Positions 12,801-23,079 of a DNA stretch of 64,000 bases are shown here, piece after piece; position 1 is the first letter of the stretch; each line of letters begins with the position of its first letter. The translations under genes and the position numbers were made by a program. The notes beneath the pieces were generated by a model. The model worked only from the letters and a program-made list of their open reading frames with translations, ran no database searches and had not been told where the DNA came from. This DNA comes from Monocercomonoides exilis PA203 (taxonomy: Eukaryota > Protista > Preaxostyla). The stretch is taken from NCBI GenBank assembly GCA_001643675.2, contig LSRY02000013.1, positions 868,001 to 932,000 on the forward strand, given 5' to 3'.

Positions 12801-15800
12801 CTTCTTTGCTCGACACAACAATCGTGTCTGACTGGTATTTCACAATCAGGCTCATCAGATCCATCGCCTCCTCTTTGTGCTCTCCCCCATCCATCCCATA
12901 GATCGCATTCTGCCTGATGAACTCTTCATCCCGGAAGTCGATGTTGAACTGTGTTTCGTTGATCTGCCTCTCAATGCAGTCACACACAATGAACACATCA
13001 TTCCCGATGCTTGCTGTGTTCCTTCGGAACATCACCCTGTCAAACACATAGTCCAGCTCTCCTTTCAATTCAGTCTTCAGATACACCCCACCTCCTTTCC
13101 CCTCGCTCACAGAGCATCCACACTGCTTCACACTCGTGTTCACAATGTGGAACCATCCTCCTTCATTCAACTCAAACAGCATCGCTCCTCCCTCTGTGCT
13201 TCTCTCGCTGCTGCACCCTTCTATCAGCGAATCTTCAACAATGAGCTTCACCTCACCCCCACCCCCACTCTTGCTCAAAACAACACAAGGATCAGCTCCT
13301 CCCCCTTCAACTGTTCCAAAACTGCAATTCTTCATCCTCACCTCACCTCCTCCATTTGCTCCCTCTCCTTCAATTTCAAACAAACTCCCCTTCTCCAATC
13401 TGGCTTCAATCACTGTCAATTCATTAATCACACTCGCCACTTCTCCACCCACCACAAACGCACTTCTCTTCCCAAAATATGAAAGCACTTTGAACCTCTT
13501 CATCTCCAGCTCCCCTTTCTTCACAACACAAAATGCAACATCCCCCATCCCTTCTCTCTTTCCCTTCCATGTGATCGAACAGTCTTCCCATCCAATTTTC
13601 TCTCCCTCACTCACGATCATCCCTGCTTCTCCACTTCCCAAAACATTCATCACACACATCTCCAGTGCTCTCAAAGTGACTGCTCCTCTGTTCCGAAGAC
13701 ACACTTTTGCTCCACTTTCTCCTTCACTCCCCATCACAACTCTTCCATATTCCATCTCATCATATCCTGCTCCCACTGATTCCACTTCAAACCCACTCAA
13801 ATCATATTCCCCTTCCACCCTTATCTTTTCCTTCACAACCACCACTTTTCTTTCCCCTTCTCTCTCAATGTGCTTCAATCCCATCTCCAGTGTCTCACAC
13901 GGATCCTCCTCGCTCCCACATCGAACAACATCATCTCCCTTTTCCCACACCACAATCCTCTCGCTCCTGTATTCAACAAGAAATCGCAACAGATCTGTGT
14001 TGATCCGCTTTTCATCGCTTCCAACAAACAGATTTGGATCGTCTTCCATCCCTTCAACATCAATCCCAAATGTCTCGCTCCTCACTGAAACATTCAGATC
14101 CGAATCCAAAATGAACATGTTCTTCCCCACAAATGCCTCATTCTCAGCAAATTTCACTCCCTCAAACTTGAATGGCATCCCTCCCTTCCTTTCACTGCAA
14201 TTCACATACAGCCATCCTCCTTTCCCACCACTCACCTTCTCTCCCAAACACCTCTCCATCCTCCCCTCTTTCACATGAATCATCCCTGAATCATGGATGT
14301 TCACTCTCACTGCCCCACCCCTCATGCTCTCTCCTCCTGTGATGTCACTCATGTTGCTCTGTTCTATCTTCATCATTCTCCTCACCTCTGCGCACATCAC
14401 AGCTGATTCATCTCCACCAACAACTGACAGGCTCCCAAACGAGCAGTTGCTGATGCTCACTGAATCTCCCTCTGCCCCATTCCGCTCAGCTCCAAAAACA
14501 GCAAGATCCATCAGACACTTTCTCGTCCTGATATTATTTATTGAGACCCACTTCATCTGCACAGCTTGTCCACTGCTCCTGATAATCCCATATTCCACTG
14601 CCTCTTCTTCCCCTTCCTGCATCCCAAACGAACACAATTCCATCTCCAAAACGCCACTTCCTCTTGATGAGCTTATCACTGCTTCTCTCCTCGGTTCAAA
14701 ATGACCAGGCAATTCAAACCCCACATTCACAAACACACTCACCCCATTCGAACCAAGAACACTTTCCCCTTCTCCTTCAATTCCTTTCTCCACAACCACC
14801 TTCATTCTCTTGTTGTCTTTCCCTTCAATCCGAACTCCACTCACATCTCCCGCCTTCTCAACACTCGTGCTCCCACTTATCACTATTTTCTTTTCTCCCT
14901 CTCCACCAAGCCTCCCAACCCCATAATCCACACTCCTGCACGGACAGTTCTCCATCCCACACCACATCCCATTGTCTCCATTCTCGCTCCCCACCTCAAT
15001 CACACACGAGCTGTATCCCTCAATGAATATGAACAAATCAACCTCACTCAAAAACTTCTCCCCATCCTTCCCCATCAGTGAGTTCTCTCTCTCGCTTATC
15101 TCTCTGCTGAACGAGAAACTGCTTCCATTCACAACCCTCCTCAAATCATCACACACAACAAACACATCCCTCCCACTCCTTGCTCTGTTCTCCTCAAACC
15201 TCACTCCTCTCACATCAAACCCACATCTCTCTCCTTCAATCAACACCCACAGCCCTCCTCCACACCCTCCTCCATTCATCATCCCTTCCTCTCCTGCTCC
15301 ACATTTCTTCATCAGCGTCACTTCTTCTTCGCTCCTGATCTTCAGCTGTGCATCCCCTTTCAGCTCCACCCTCATTCCTCCTCCATTCCCTTTCTCTGCC
15401 ACACACCCCAAAACACTCGTGTTCCACACATCCACCATCCCTCCTTCCCCAACCACTCCACACACCATCCCCCCATCTCCCTCATTCACTCGGACATTGC
15501 TCCCATTGCATCCCCAATTCGATATCTCCTTTGCTTTGTTACCTCTTATCACCCTTGAATCAACAAAATTACACGAACTCCATTTGCATTCACTCATCCG
15601 AACAATACAATTGCTCCCTGCCAAAATCAAACTGTTTCTTCCCTTTTCGCACCCACTGGCAATCACACTTTCTCCTGTGAGTGTGCTTCCTTCCTCACAA
15701 ACAACAAATCCTGTTTCTCCTTCAAAGATGAGATCATTCAGCTCCACATTCTTCAACGAGACAGATGATAATCCCCCATTCGCTCTTATCACAGGCTTAC

Positions 15801-18800
15801 CAAACCTCATTGATGCAAATCTCAGTGAAGTCACATTCGCCTCTCCCTTTTCCACAATCAGCAAGCTGTATCCAACATAACTCACTCCAACTCCAACTCC
15901 AAATGTGACAACACATTCATTCAAGTTCAGTGCTTCTCCTTTCAACTGGAATATCGCCTCGTGATGCTCAAGAATAGATGGCATCACCAGCTCGATCTTC
16001 CTCATCCTTGTTTCCTTCAGTACCACAAACACTCCAATGCATCCTTCCTCATCATCTTTGAATCTTGCCTCACCTTTAACAACAAGTGATCCATCATCCC
16101 CTGTTCCTTCTATCACCCTTACCATTTTTGAAAAGATCACTGTCGAACCAACCTCAACTCCATTTCCAACTTTGATTGTCACTTCTGTTCCATCGGCTGG
16201 TGTGCTCTCTTCCCTCTCAACAGGAAAGTTCAGTGTTCGGCACTCGAAGAATGTGTGCCCACACCGAGGATGATCAACCCCGGATGTGGAAACATACACC
16301 TCACTCCTCGGAACATCCAGAAGATAGCACACAATCGGAATCACGAGTGTTGCATTGTTCGTGTCTCCCACTCCCTCCACTTCATGCATATCTTCACTCA
16401 AATGTGAAACAAATTCATATCTCCCTTTTGGAATCAATTCCAGCTGAGGCGATGCAATAAACACATTCACCCCATGTTCTGCACGATTGTCTTCAAATCC
16501 CACATTCACAACCTCAAACACTGTTGTTGGTGATGAAAGCTCCAAATATACCCCTCCTCCTCTCCCCTTCTCCTCCCCACTTCCCTTCTCTGCCCCACAC
16601 TCTCCAATCACTGTTGTCACCTCTCCCCTTCCAATCTTGAATGTCCCGCTCTGACCAACACTCCACCCAATGCTCCCTCCATTCCCTTCCTTGCTCACAC
16701 AGTTCCTCAATGTGATGTTCTCCAGCTCCCATGAATCGCTTCTCTCACTTTCAGTGCTCAGTATCGCCCCATCTCCTCTCATCCGACTGATCCTTTGCAT
16801 CGTCACATTCCCCACCATCCCTCTCCCAGCAGCACTCTCCGACTCTTCCTCAAACAACGAGCAATCTCCCAGATCGATATCCTCAATCAAACAGTTTTCC
16901 ATCTTCAATTTCCCAAATATCATCTTGAATGGTGAGACATCAAATGAATGTGTCTGCCCATCTTCTGCCCCTGATATGACCACATTCTTCAGTGTCAGAT
17001 TCTGTGCTGCTGCTCGCATCACAAACAACGAAGAAGATGATTCTCCGCTGTTGTGGCGAATCGTCACCAAAGACAATCCCATCGATCCCGAATCCAGCGT
17101 GAACAAACACTCGTGTGAATTCAGCAATTCTGTGGAAATGATACACTCGCTCTCGCTTTCCCCTGTGAAGGAAATATCTCCTCCTCCAATGAACAGTGCC
17201 ATCGAAGAATATGTCGATGGAAGAATGTTCACTGTTCCCTTCGCTCCTTTCTCAATCATGTTGTATGCCTGTGTTATCGTGTTGCATGGATTGCTTTCCG
17301 TAAGTCCACACAATGGCCCTGTAATCCCATCAGCTTTGGTATACGTTGTTTTGATTGTTGGGAGCCATACATCGTAATCTGTCTGGCTGTTATTGAAAAA
17401 CACTCTCTTTGCTGATGTTGTTGAGAATGATGATTCAAATGGTGAACCTTTGAGAAAAAAATTTCTGATTTTCACATCGTGACCTTCTTCATTTTTAGCT
17501 TTGTTTCCACTGAAAAAGCAAAATGAAATTATTTTTGGAGATGGATCGGCTTCCATCCAACTCATTGAACTGATTAACATTCCTCCTCCACCACCTTCAA
17601 GAATGCCTGTTCCAGTTCCGTTTGCCTTGTTTCCATAAAATTCACATTCTGCGATCGTATAATGTCTCTGATGACTCTCGAGATGTAAGCCGCCTCCTTG
17701 ACTTCCTGCTTCATTGCGAATAAACTTGCATTTTTCAATTGTTTCATTCATGCTTCCTGAAGATTGAAGAATGCGCAATCCTCCTGCGTAATGCGAAGCA
17801 GCTTTACACTCACAAAAGACACATTCAAAAAAATAATAATCGCCATTTAATTGAAAAATTATCATTCCACCTGTATTAGCCATTGCAATGCAATTTGTGA
17901 AATTGCAATTCTTCATTTCGACACCTGCACCTGATTGAACATCAACAGCTCCGTCACCTTCATGGGTCATATTCTTGAATGAACATCTGACACATTCGAG
18001 TGTTGAATTTCCATTTAAATAAATCGCACTTCCAACTCTAACATAACTTGTTTTGAACCATTCACAATCTGTAAAAATGTGTGTTTCATTTGGCCCAAGT
18101 GGTTGTCTTGTCATGTTGCGTCCACCTGATTCGTTCACATTCATCGTTCGAAAGCAACATTTGAATGAGGAATTTGTGGCTCTCAGCGAGGCACAGGGGC
18201 TGTTCACTGACCTCACAATGCCTCCATCAATAGCATCCCAAACGCTGCAAAACGAGCAGCTCTCAATCGTTGTTTCTGTTCTCGCTCTCAAATCCATTTC
18301 TCTTTGTGCTCCTGAAGCAACAGAAATGTTTGCCATTGCAAGCCCACTGGCCTTCACAAAGCAGCTCGCATTCGGTGCAAGAAACGGTGCAGATGCTAAT
18401 TCAAATGATGAAAATGACGAATCACGAAGAGAAATAGAGCATGTTCCATCGATCTCAGAATTTTTCAAAGACGAGCAAAAAAGTCGCGGAATTTGTGCAA
18501 ACGGCTTCGAAGTCCCAATCGTCAGATTCACTGAACGGATGCTTCCTCCATCCACCACAAATGGATTCACTTGTGATGAAACTGAAATCACACATCCTTT
18601 TATATCAAGCCTTGACCCCTCGCAAACCAAGAAACAAGCTTTTCCTTCTGGCTGAATCTGCAACACACTCGCTGTTCTCACTGAGCAGTTCACAGCAACA
18701 AATGTTGATGCAATTACGCTGCACTGATTGTTTCCCTGCGTATAATAGTCATCCCTTTCTCTTGGCAACTTGAACACATCTTTTGCATCCAATCCATTTA

Positions 18801-18873
18801 ATTCGTTTCCTGTTGCTTCTTCTGTCTCGCAAATAGCACTGACGCACGCAAAAATAATAACCGCAAGATTCAT
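9847..18873 (-). CDS. Giant (~3,000 aa) single-pass receptor-like protein: signal peptide, repeated Cys-capped beta-helix/Pmp-like modules, TM helix, degenerate TKL-type kinase C-lobe; intronless
   Basis: Uninterrupted ORF; first ATG 18873 gives MNLAVIIFACVSAIC. Five CGx(4-5)[P/E]CxT/S motifs, recurrent GG and FxxNxA motifs, TM WPIIVIVLVVILLIVLIVSIIFIA, and LRWKAPELL...FSIGMMLWE...PF...RP. Confidence 0.9.
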   Translation of the reverse strand: MNLAVIIFACVSAICETEEATGNELNGLDAKDVFKLPRERDDYYTQGNNQCSVIASTFVAVNCSVRTASVLQIQPEGKACFLVCEGSRLDIKGCVISVSSQVNPFVVDGGSIRSVNLTIGTSKPFAQIPRLFCSSLKNSEIDGTCSISLRDSSFSSFELASAPFLAPNASCFVKASGLAMANISVASGAQREMDLRARTETTIESCSFCSVWDAIDGGIVRSVNSPCASLRATNSSFKCCFRTMNVNESGGRNMTRQPLGPNETHIFTDCEWFKTSYVRVGSAIYLNGNSTLECVRCSFKNMTHEGDGAVDVQSGAGVEMKNCNFTNCIAMANTGGMIIFQLNGDYYFFECVFCECKAASHYAGGLRILQSSGSMNETIEKCKFIRNEAGSQGGGLHLESHQRHYTIAECEFYGNKANGTGTGILEGGGGGMLISSMSWMEADPSPKIISFCFFSGNKAKNEEGHDVKIRNFFLKGSPFESSFSTTSAKRVFFNNSQTDYDVWLPTIKTTYTKADGITGPLCGLTESNPCNTITQAYNMIEKGAKGTVNILPSTYSSMALFIGGGDISFTGESESECIISTELLNSHECLFTLDSGSMGLSLVTIRHNSGESSSSLFVMRAAAQNLTLKNVVISGAEDGQTHSFDVSPFKMIFGKLKMENCLIEDIDLGDCSLFEEESESAAGRGMVGNVTMQRISRMRGDGAILSTESERSDSWELENITLRNCVSKEGNGGSIGWSVGQSGTFKIGRGEVTTVIGECGAEKGSGEEKGRGGGVYLELSSPTTVFEVVNVGFEDNRAEHGVNVFIASPQLELIPKGRYEFVSHLSEDMHEVEGVGDTNNATLVIPIVCYLLDVPRSEVYVSTSGVDHPRCGHTFFECRTLNFPVEREESTPADGTEVTIKVGNGVEVGSTVIFSKMVRVIEGTGDDGSLVVKGEARFKDDEEGCIGVFVVLKETRMRKIELVMPSILEHHEAIFQLKGEALNLNECVVTFGVGVGVSYVGYSLLIVEKGEANVTSLRFASMRFGKPVIRANGGLSSVSLKNVELNDLIFEGETGFVVCEEGSTLTGESVIASGCEKGRNSLILAGSNCIVRMSECKWSSCNFVDSRVIRGNKAKEISNWGCNGSNVRVNEGDGGMVCGVVGEGGMVDVWNTSVLGCVAEKGNGGGMRVELKGDAQLKIRSEEEVTLMKKCGAGEEGMMNGGGCGGGLWVLIEGERCGFDVRGVRFEENRARSGRDVFVVCDDLRRVVNGSSFSFSREISERENSLMGKDGEKFLSEVDLFIFIEGYSSCVIEVGSENGDNGMWCGMENCPCRSVDYGVGRLGGEGEKKIVISGSTSVEKAGDVSGVRIEGKDNKRMKVVVEKGIEGEGESVLGSNGVSVFVNVGFELPGHFEPRREAVISSSRGSGVLEMELCSFGMQEGEEEAVEYGIIRSSGQAVQMKWVSINNIRTRKCLMDLAVFGAERNGAEGDSVSISNCSFGSLSVVGGDESAVMCAEVRRMMKIEQSNMSDITGGESMRGGAVRVNIHDSGMIHVKEGRMERCLGEKVSGGKGGWLYVNCSERKGGMPFKFEGVKFAENEAFVGKNMFILDSDLNVSVRSETFGIDVEGMEDDPNLFVGSDEKRINTDLLRFLVEYRSERIVVWEKGDDVVRCGSEEDPCETLEMGLKHIEREGERKVVVVKEKIRVEGEYDLSGFEVESVGAGYDEMEYGRVVMGSEGESGAKVCLRNRGAVTLRALEMCVMNVLGSGEAGMIVSEGEKIGWEDCSITWKGKREGMGDVAFCVVKKGELEMKRFKVLSYFGKRSAFVVGGEVASVINELTVIEARLEKGSLFEIEGEGANGGGEVRMKNCSFGTVEGGGADPCVVLSKSGGGGEVKLIVEDSLIEGCSSERSTEGGAMLFELNEGGWFHIVNTSVKQCGCSVSEGKGGGVYLKTELKGELDYVFDRVMFRRNTASIGNDVFIVCDCIERQINETQFNIDFRDEEFIRQNAIYGMDGGEHKEEAMDLMSLIVKYQSDTIVVSSKEGKGGRNEQQCGKPLLPCATIGFGLRHLTHVFFSQVFVDEESVIDEEIVLDTLTLSGMHEEQSRVVVKGRMNRRKEMIVGTNGQVYMRWIRFGFEEVETTPTPLPTTHSSFMKICSGKTSISMCSFEGVSSAGEEMAEVPFCLIFVERGKCSMGNVSVWWLSFLSEAVMVMEEDCEVSGLALRNVEGSKDCLKMSGGGSVKMEKVEAGNVRMEDGWVIRANGKEEGRHSREEGEFSFSILSSSFENITCVDESAGAIDVERMEGNIEFSNCSFCGCSSRREKGKMISLLVCKRIQMGQCLFDGKAKGKDLNEEVVDVCKWNGSVVEVKESAGEMWDTSFVNCWDGGLSVCGGSVEIEKGEFMNNNPSIERYPSARRNIVCSDSGVLNVMSVKGGDGLKDNSSMWIVDCGCELGGIIEERASSLFIPVVKEARNETTSDGRTSIMVAGRLLVPCNVSLRMSFRNGREEVVESYEIRENESVSENEIVAVISSAQMAAVGAETEVSVCLLFGKTESPSSTEAFILKNRSEKIENGDERIVEGGKEGKSFWPIIVIVLVVILLIVLIVSIIFIARWKKVKSEAEDLREIVNDNIRKDPKAFEMVTMEMSPEEQWRREEREAEKKNEERMKKRVYAKSLQHSESSEHLLSECGSTEYILGKDSDKIPEWILEKVDEEETRKRTPSPSISSTSSTDTSDTDSTFVRSESLCPTTSSMSNLVDAMACSSPHEKLIVDLRDSLFMLLHGRNEKKEMAIGSVKEREMTAAQILFWVANLALHSFDEMENKLQSLSNLSPHIVLFSEHMVICIVMHSDLLSDDSDSSSISSSTVITSASDDDDDESDSLPSSAFEDEDSFKKECLRWKAPELLINKNMGATKKSVAFSIGMMLWECLALQIPFGEYEAVIAGNKIKQQERPYLGKMNSSTLFSVVVACWSPVCENRPSLVVLKREFIQRFPSGTVKLTVSDAIDFEDDSFKHGSGDENSEGTSM

Positions 18874-20198
18874 AATTCTTCTGCTGTGCAACTTGCTCTT
18901 CGCCAAACAAAAGCACAAATGAAAAAGTCAAATGATCAATATAGCCCATATTCCTCTGCATTTATTCATCAAAAATAATATTTTGGTTTCATTTCTCAAA
19001 TAATCGCATATAACCCCATGTGCAAAAGCATAAATTATCAATCATTTCAAATATAATTTTAAGCTCAAAAAAAATTCAAAAAAAATATAGAAAAAATAAA
19101 TTCTTTAAAATACAGTGATTTTTTGTTTGTTTCCGAAGAAATACTGTCATTTCCATCGAGCATCAACAACATTCCCTCAATTGCGAAATTTTCTTCTTTT
19201 TAACGTGGAATGATTTTGTGAATTGACATTTTCCATTTTTAGTAAATCTTCTTCCAACAAATGCTCTCTCGATCCTTGCTCTCTTGTTTAATTCCATCCA
19301 AGTCCATGTACCAATAGATCTGATGTCTGTCAAGCCCTGCGTTCTTTCTGATCCTCCCTTTCGCTGTGCTTGCATCAGCAATCCACAAATAATCCATTCG
19401 CTGCAGTTCATCCCTCTGCCCATCAGAAAAAAAATAGCAGAGAAATAACTTTTAGCAAATATGATTTTATGAATATTTCGCACCATCTCAGTTGCTGAAA
19501 GTCGCTGGGAACAGAGGAATCGACATATTAATGGAAAAGCAATTCTTCAGATTGCTCTGCTTTAACGGGTTGAAACGGCATTTCTGTCATCCTCCAGATA
19601 GAACTTGCAGAACGGATGTATATGGCGAAGGCATTAGTTATATCTTGTTTCCAAAATCTGTTGGAGTCCAAAAAATCGAAAAGTGCTCCAACAAAGCAGT
19701 CAGATCTTTAAACTTTCAGCAACCTGCAAATTGCGTAGCATTATTGTTCTTCTATCATTTGACTCTATTTTCTTTGTTGTCTTCCTGTTCTCTGTTGTTT
19801 AATTCGCGAAATGAAAAGATCATGACCCATCCTTGCGTTTTTTGAAGATAAATGATTCATTTTGGATTCTAACTTTGATGGAGATGGATTTATATAAAAT
19901 TAGAGAAAAAAAGATTTTGCATATTTTCCACATTTTTATTTTTTTCTTGAATTTGTAAAATGAAAGTCAATTGTTTTAAAAAAGGAAGAAGATGACTCTT
20001 TATTTTATCTGTACACTTTTGTTTTGTGATAAAATAAGATTATCACTGAAGCATTCCTCAAATTGAACCTCACATTTATGGAAGGATTCTTTGAAAAATA
20101 TTATTTTTGGTTGTTGTTTCTCCAACTTTTTTTCACAGCAAGCCACAAAAGAGACTGAGTTTTTAAAATTAACTCATGATTTTATCGAAAAATTCAAA
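10085..20198. repeat. Left arm of ~10-kb inverted segmental duplication (partner ~32045..42175)
   Basis: Coding sequence plus ~1.3 kb upstream match the reverse complement of 32045..42175, e.g. cacaaaagagactgagt...tcatgattttatcgaaaaattcaaa at the inner end. Boundaries are approximate. Confidence 0.9.
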
Positions 20199-20312
20199 TG
20201 ATTAACAACAACAATGATTGTGAATCTATATTTAATGCTGTCTGAGAAATTTTAATTTTTTATTAAGTAATTCTAATTTCAATTTATTTATTCTTTTTTT
20301 GACAGATGCGGA

Positions 20313-21598
20313 GATTTTTTTATCCGGACGTTATTTTATCAGAACATTTATTTTTTTAACAAGCGTATCTCACCAAATAAAAACTAAAAACAGAAAAAGC
20401 ATATTTTCCCATGTTTGAATACGTATTTAATATTCATAAAAAATTTTTCTATAATAGTTCCTGTTTTTGATGAAGATCTGAGGAATTTTTAATTTATTTT
20501 TTGATCATTTGTTTTGCTCGTTTTTAACCGACTTTCTTTTTCTGTCAGTTTTTAGCTACTGGATCATGAATCATTCATAATTATCTTTGATAATTTCAAA
20601 TCTTTTATGTTTTTTCTTATTTTTTCACGAGTTTTTCACATTTCCTTGTTTTTGAAGATAATTTCAAAAATCTGAAAATAATGAGCTACACAATATTTAT
20701 TTAATATTTTTGTAATGTGCATTAAAAGATAAATACTTGAAGAAAAGATATGTGAAGTGAAAATTTTGATAAAAGTTGTTGTTTTAACAGAACAAATCGA
20801 TTTGTCAGAATGACAGAATAGTTCATTTTGTCTTTGACTTAAATAACTATGTGGTCAAAAATATTTAACTTCAGGCATTTTCATTGAAAAATTATGCACT
20901 TATCTTTGACTTTTCGAGATCAAAAAACACAATAAAAATGAGTCCATTTTTTGACATTCGTGAAAAGTTGGAAAACTTTTTGTTTTGATTTCAACGATAC
21001 ATGTTTTCAGATAAGAAAATCAAATTTTTTTTGAAATCTGAGAAAGCCAAACAAAGTTATAAGTGAAGCAATTTTTCAATGACAAGTGCAAAAAAAGCTT
21101 GAAAGTCTGTATTTTCCACATTTTGGTTTTGATTTCATCAAATATGACAAAAATTCGAATTGAAATACATTTAAATCTAAGTTGCATAATATTTTGATTT
21201 TTTCATTGATATTTCATTCAAAAGTTGAGAAAAAATAATTCATTTATATTATACTTCAAAAACAAGGAAATGTGAAAAACTCGTGAAAAAATAAGAAAAA
21301 ACATAAAAGATTTGAAATTATCAAAGATAATTATGAATGATTCATGATCCAGTAGCTAAAAACTGACAGAAAAAGAAAGTCGGTTAAAAACGAGCAAAAC
21401 AAATGATCAAAAAATAAATTAAAAATTCCTCAGATCTTCATCAAAAACAGGAACTATTATAGAAAAATTTTTTATGAATATTAAATACGTATTCAAACAT
21501 GGGAAAATATGCTTTTTCTGTTTTTAGTTTTTATTTGGTGAGATACGCTTGTTAAAAAAATAAATGTTCTGATAAAATAACGTCCGGATAAAAAAATC
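20313..21598. repeat. Perfect 345-bp inverted repeat (20313..20657 / 21254..21598) with 596-bp spacer; foldback-like
   Basis: Block-by-block comparison found no mismatch over 345 bp. No TSD is evident in the flanks. Confidence 0.95.
20856..21117 (+). repeat. Dispersed ~260-bp non-coding repeat, copy 1
   Basis: Matches 21823..22082 (direct) and 44298..44522 (inverted); core ttttcattgaaaaattatgcac...gagatcaaaaaacacaataaaaat...aaaagcttgaaagtc. Confidence 0.85.
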
Positions 21599-21822
21599 AC
21601 ACTAAGTTGTTTTTCAGATGAAAATAATATCTGCGCTTCAGTTTTTTTTCTTTCTTAAAAATTACAAATGGTTTTTATGAACTTTTGATATAAAAGGAGT
21701 GAATTTATGTTTTCAGTTATGAGAGTTTTATTTGTTAAATTGTGAAATCAATACTGTGAAAAATGAGTTTATTTCAAAAAAAAAGAAAGTTGCGACATTT
21801 GTTTTGTGAAGTTGAAATGGGG

Positions 21823-22082
21823 CAAAATATTGAACTTCAGTCATTTTCATTGAAAAATTATGCACTTTTCATTGACTTTTTGAGATCAAAAAACACAATA
21901 AAAATATGTCCATATATTGACATTCGTGAAATGTTGGAAAACTTTCTGTTATAATTTCAACGATGCCTGTTTACAGATATGAAAATCAAATTTATTTCAA
22001 AATCTGAGAAAGTGAAATAAAGTTATGAGCGAAGTAATTTTTCATGCTTTGCGCAAAAAAAGCTTGAAAGTCCGTATTTTCC
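21823..22082 (+). repeat. Dispersed ~260-bp non-coding repeat, copy 2
   Basis: Diverged direct copy of 20856..21117. Confidence 0.85.
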
Positions 22083-23079
22083 CCCAAATCGTCAAAGTTT
22101 TCTCGAAAATTCAGACACCATATATTATTTTTTAAATATGAATAACCTCATTAAATAACGTTTTATTCCATTTTTTCCCACAAAAGCCAAATATTTTGGG
22201 CTTTTTTTTCAGAATGCATTCAAAATCAAATGAAATCGCATCTTGGAAGAAATTATTGGTTTTGAAGAGAAAAATAAAGATTTGCAATAATAATTTTCTG
22301 AAATAATACCACAACAAATCCAACAAAATAATTCAAATAATAATAGTATAAAATTTATTAATTGAGAAAAATGGAACACCATATTGAGTGGAACAAAATT
22401 AAAAAAGCAAAAAATCACATCCCATATGTTGCTCTGTGATTATCTGCGATGGAAAATAGATGAAAAAGAATCAAAAAAAAAAAAAAATGTGATAAGAACA
22501 TCTGTAGTAAATATTCTTTGCGATTGAATCCGGTTTTGACAATTATTATTCACAAATTCGTGAAATTTATTATCAACTCTGTATTTTATATTTTCACTAT
22601 TTTCTGGAAAATGAGAAATCTGATTATGAAAATGATTTTTGCTTTTCTTTTCTATTCTTTTTATTAAACATTGGTAAATACTTTAAAAATTGCGAAATAT
22701 TAAAAGAAAAATCAAAATATGATTTTAGTGAAGAAAATCTTGGTTAAAACAAAAAAGAGAAAATGAAAATGCTTAGATTCGTAAATTGCGAAGTGTGTGT
22801 TTGTGAAAACAGAATGAATAGATGAATGTTTTCAATGCTTTTGAGTTAAACAGATAAAAAGATTTCGTTGAGTCAAGTGCACAATAAAGTGTGGATTGAA
22901 GATGAAGAGGAGCAAAGTATCAGCAATTTAAATATCAAAACAATAACGAAAGAATTAATGTTTAAATGGAAGATAGGAAAATTTTCTTTGTGTGAAACAA
23001 CAGAAAAGAAGTATCTCTTTCAATACTGTTGTTTGCTGAAGATGCTTCACTCCAAACAAACAAAACAGTTAACATTTTA

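Noticed and set aside
9890-18773. Dozens of long plus-strand Ser/Pro/His-rich ORFs, with mirror ORFs on the minus strand at 33550-42169
   Set aside because: They are antisense shadows of the G/A-rich receptor coding strand, which rarely yields stops on the opposite strand. Their conservation follows from the duplication.
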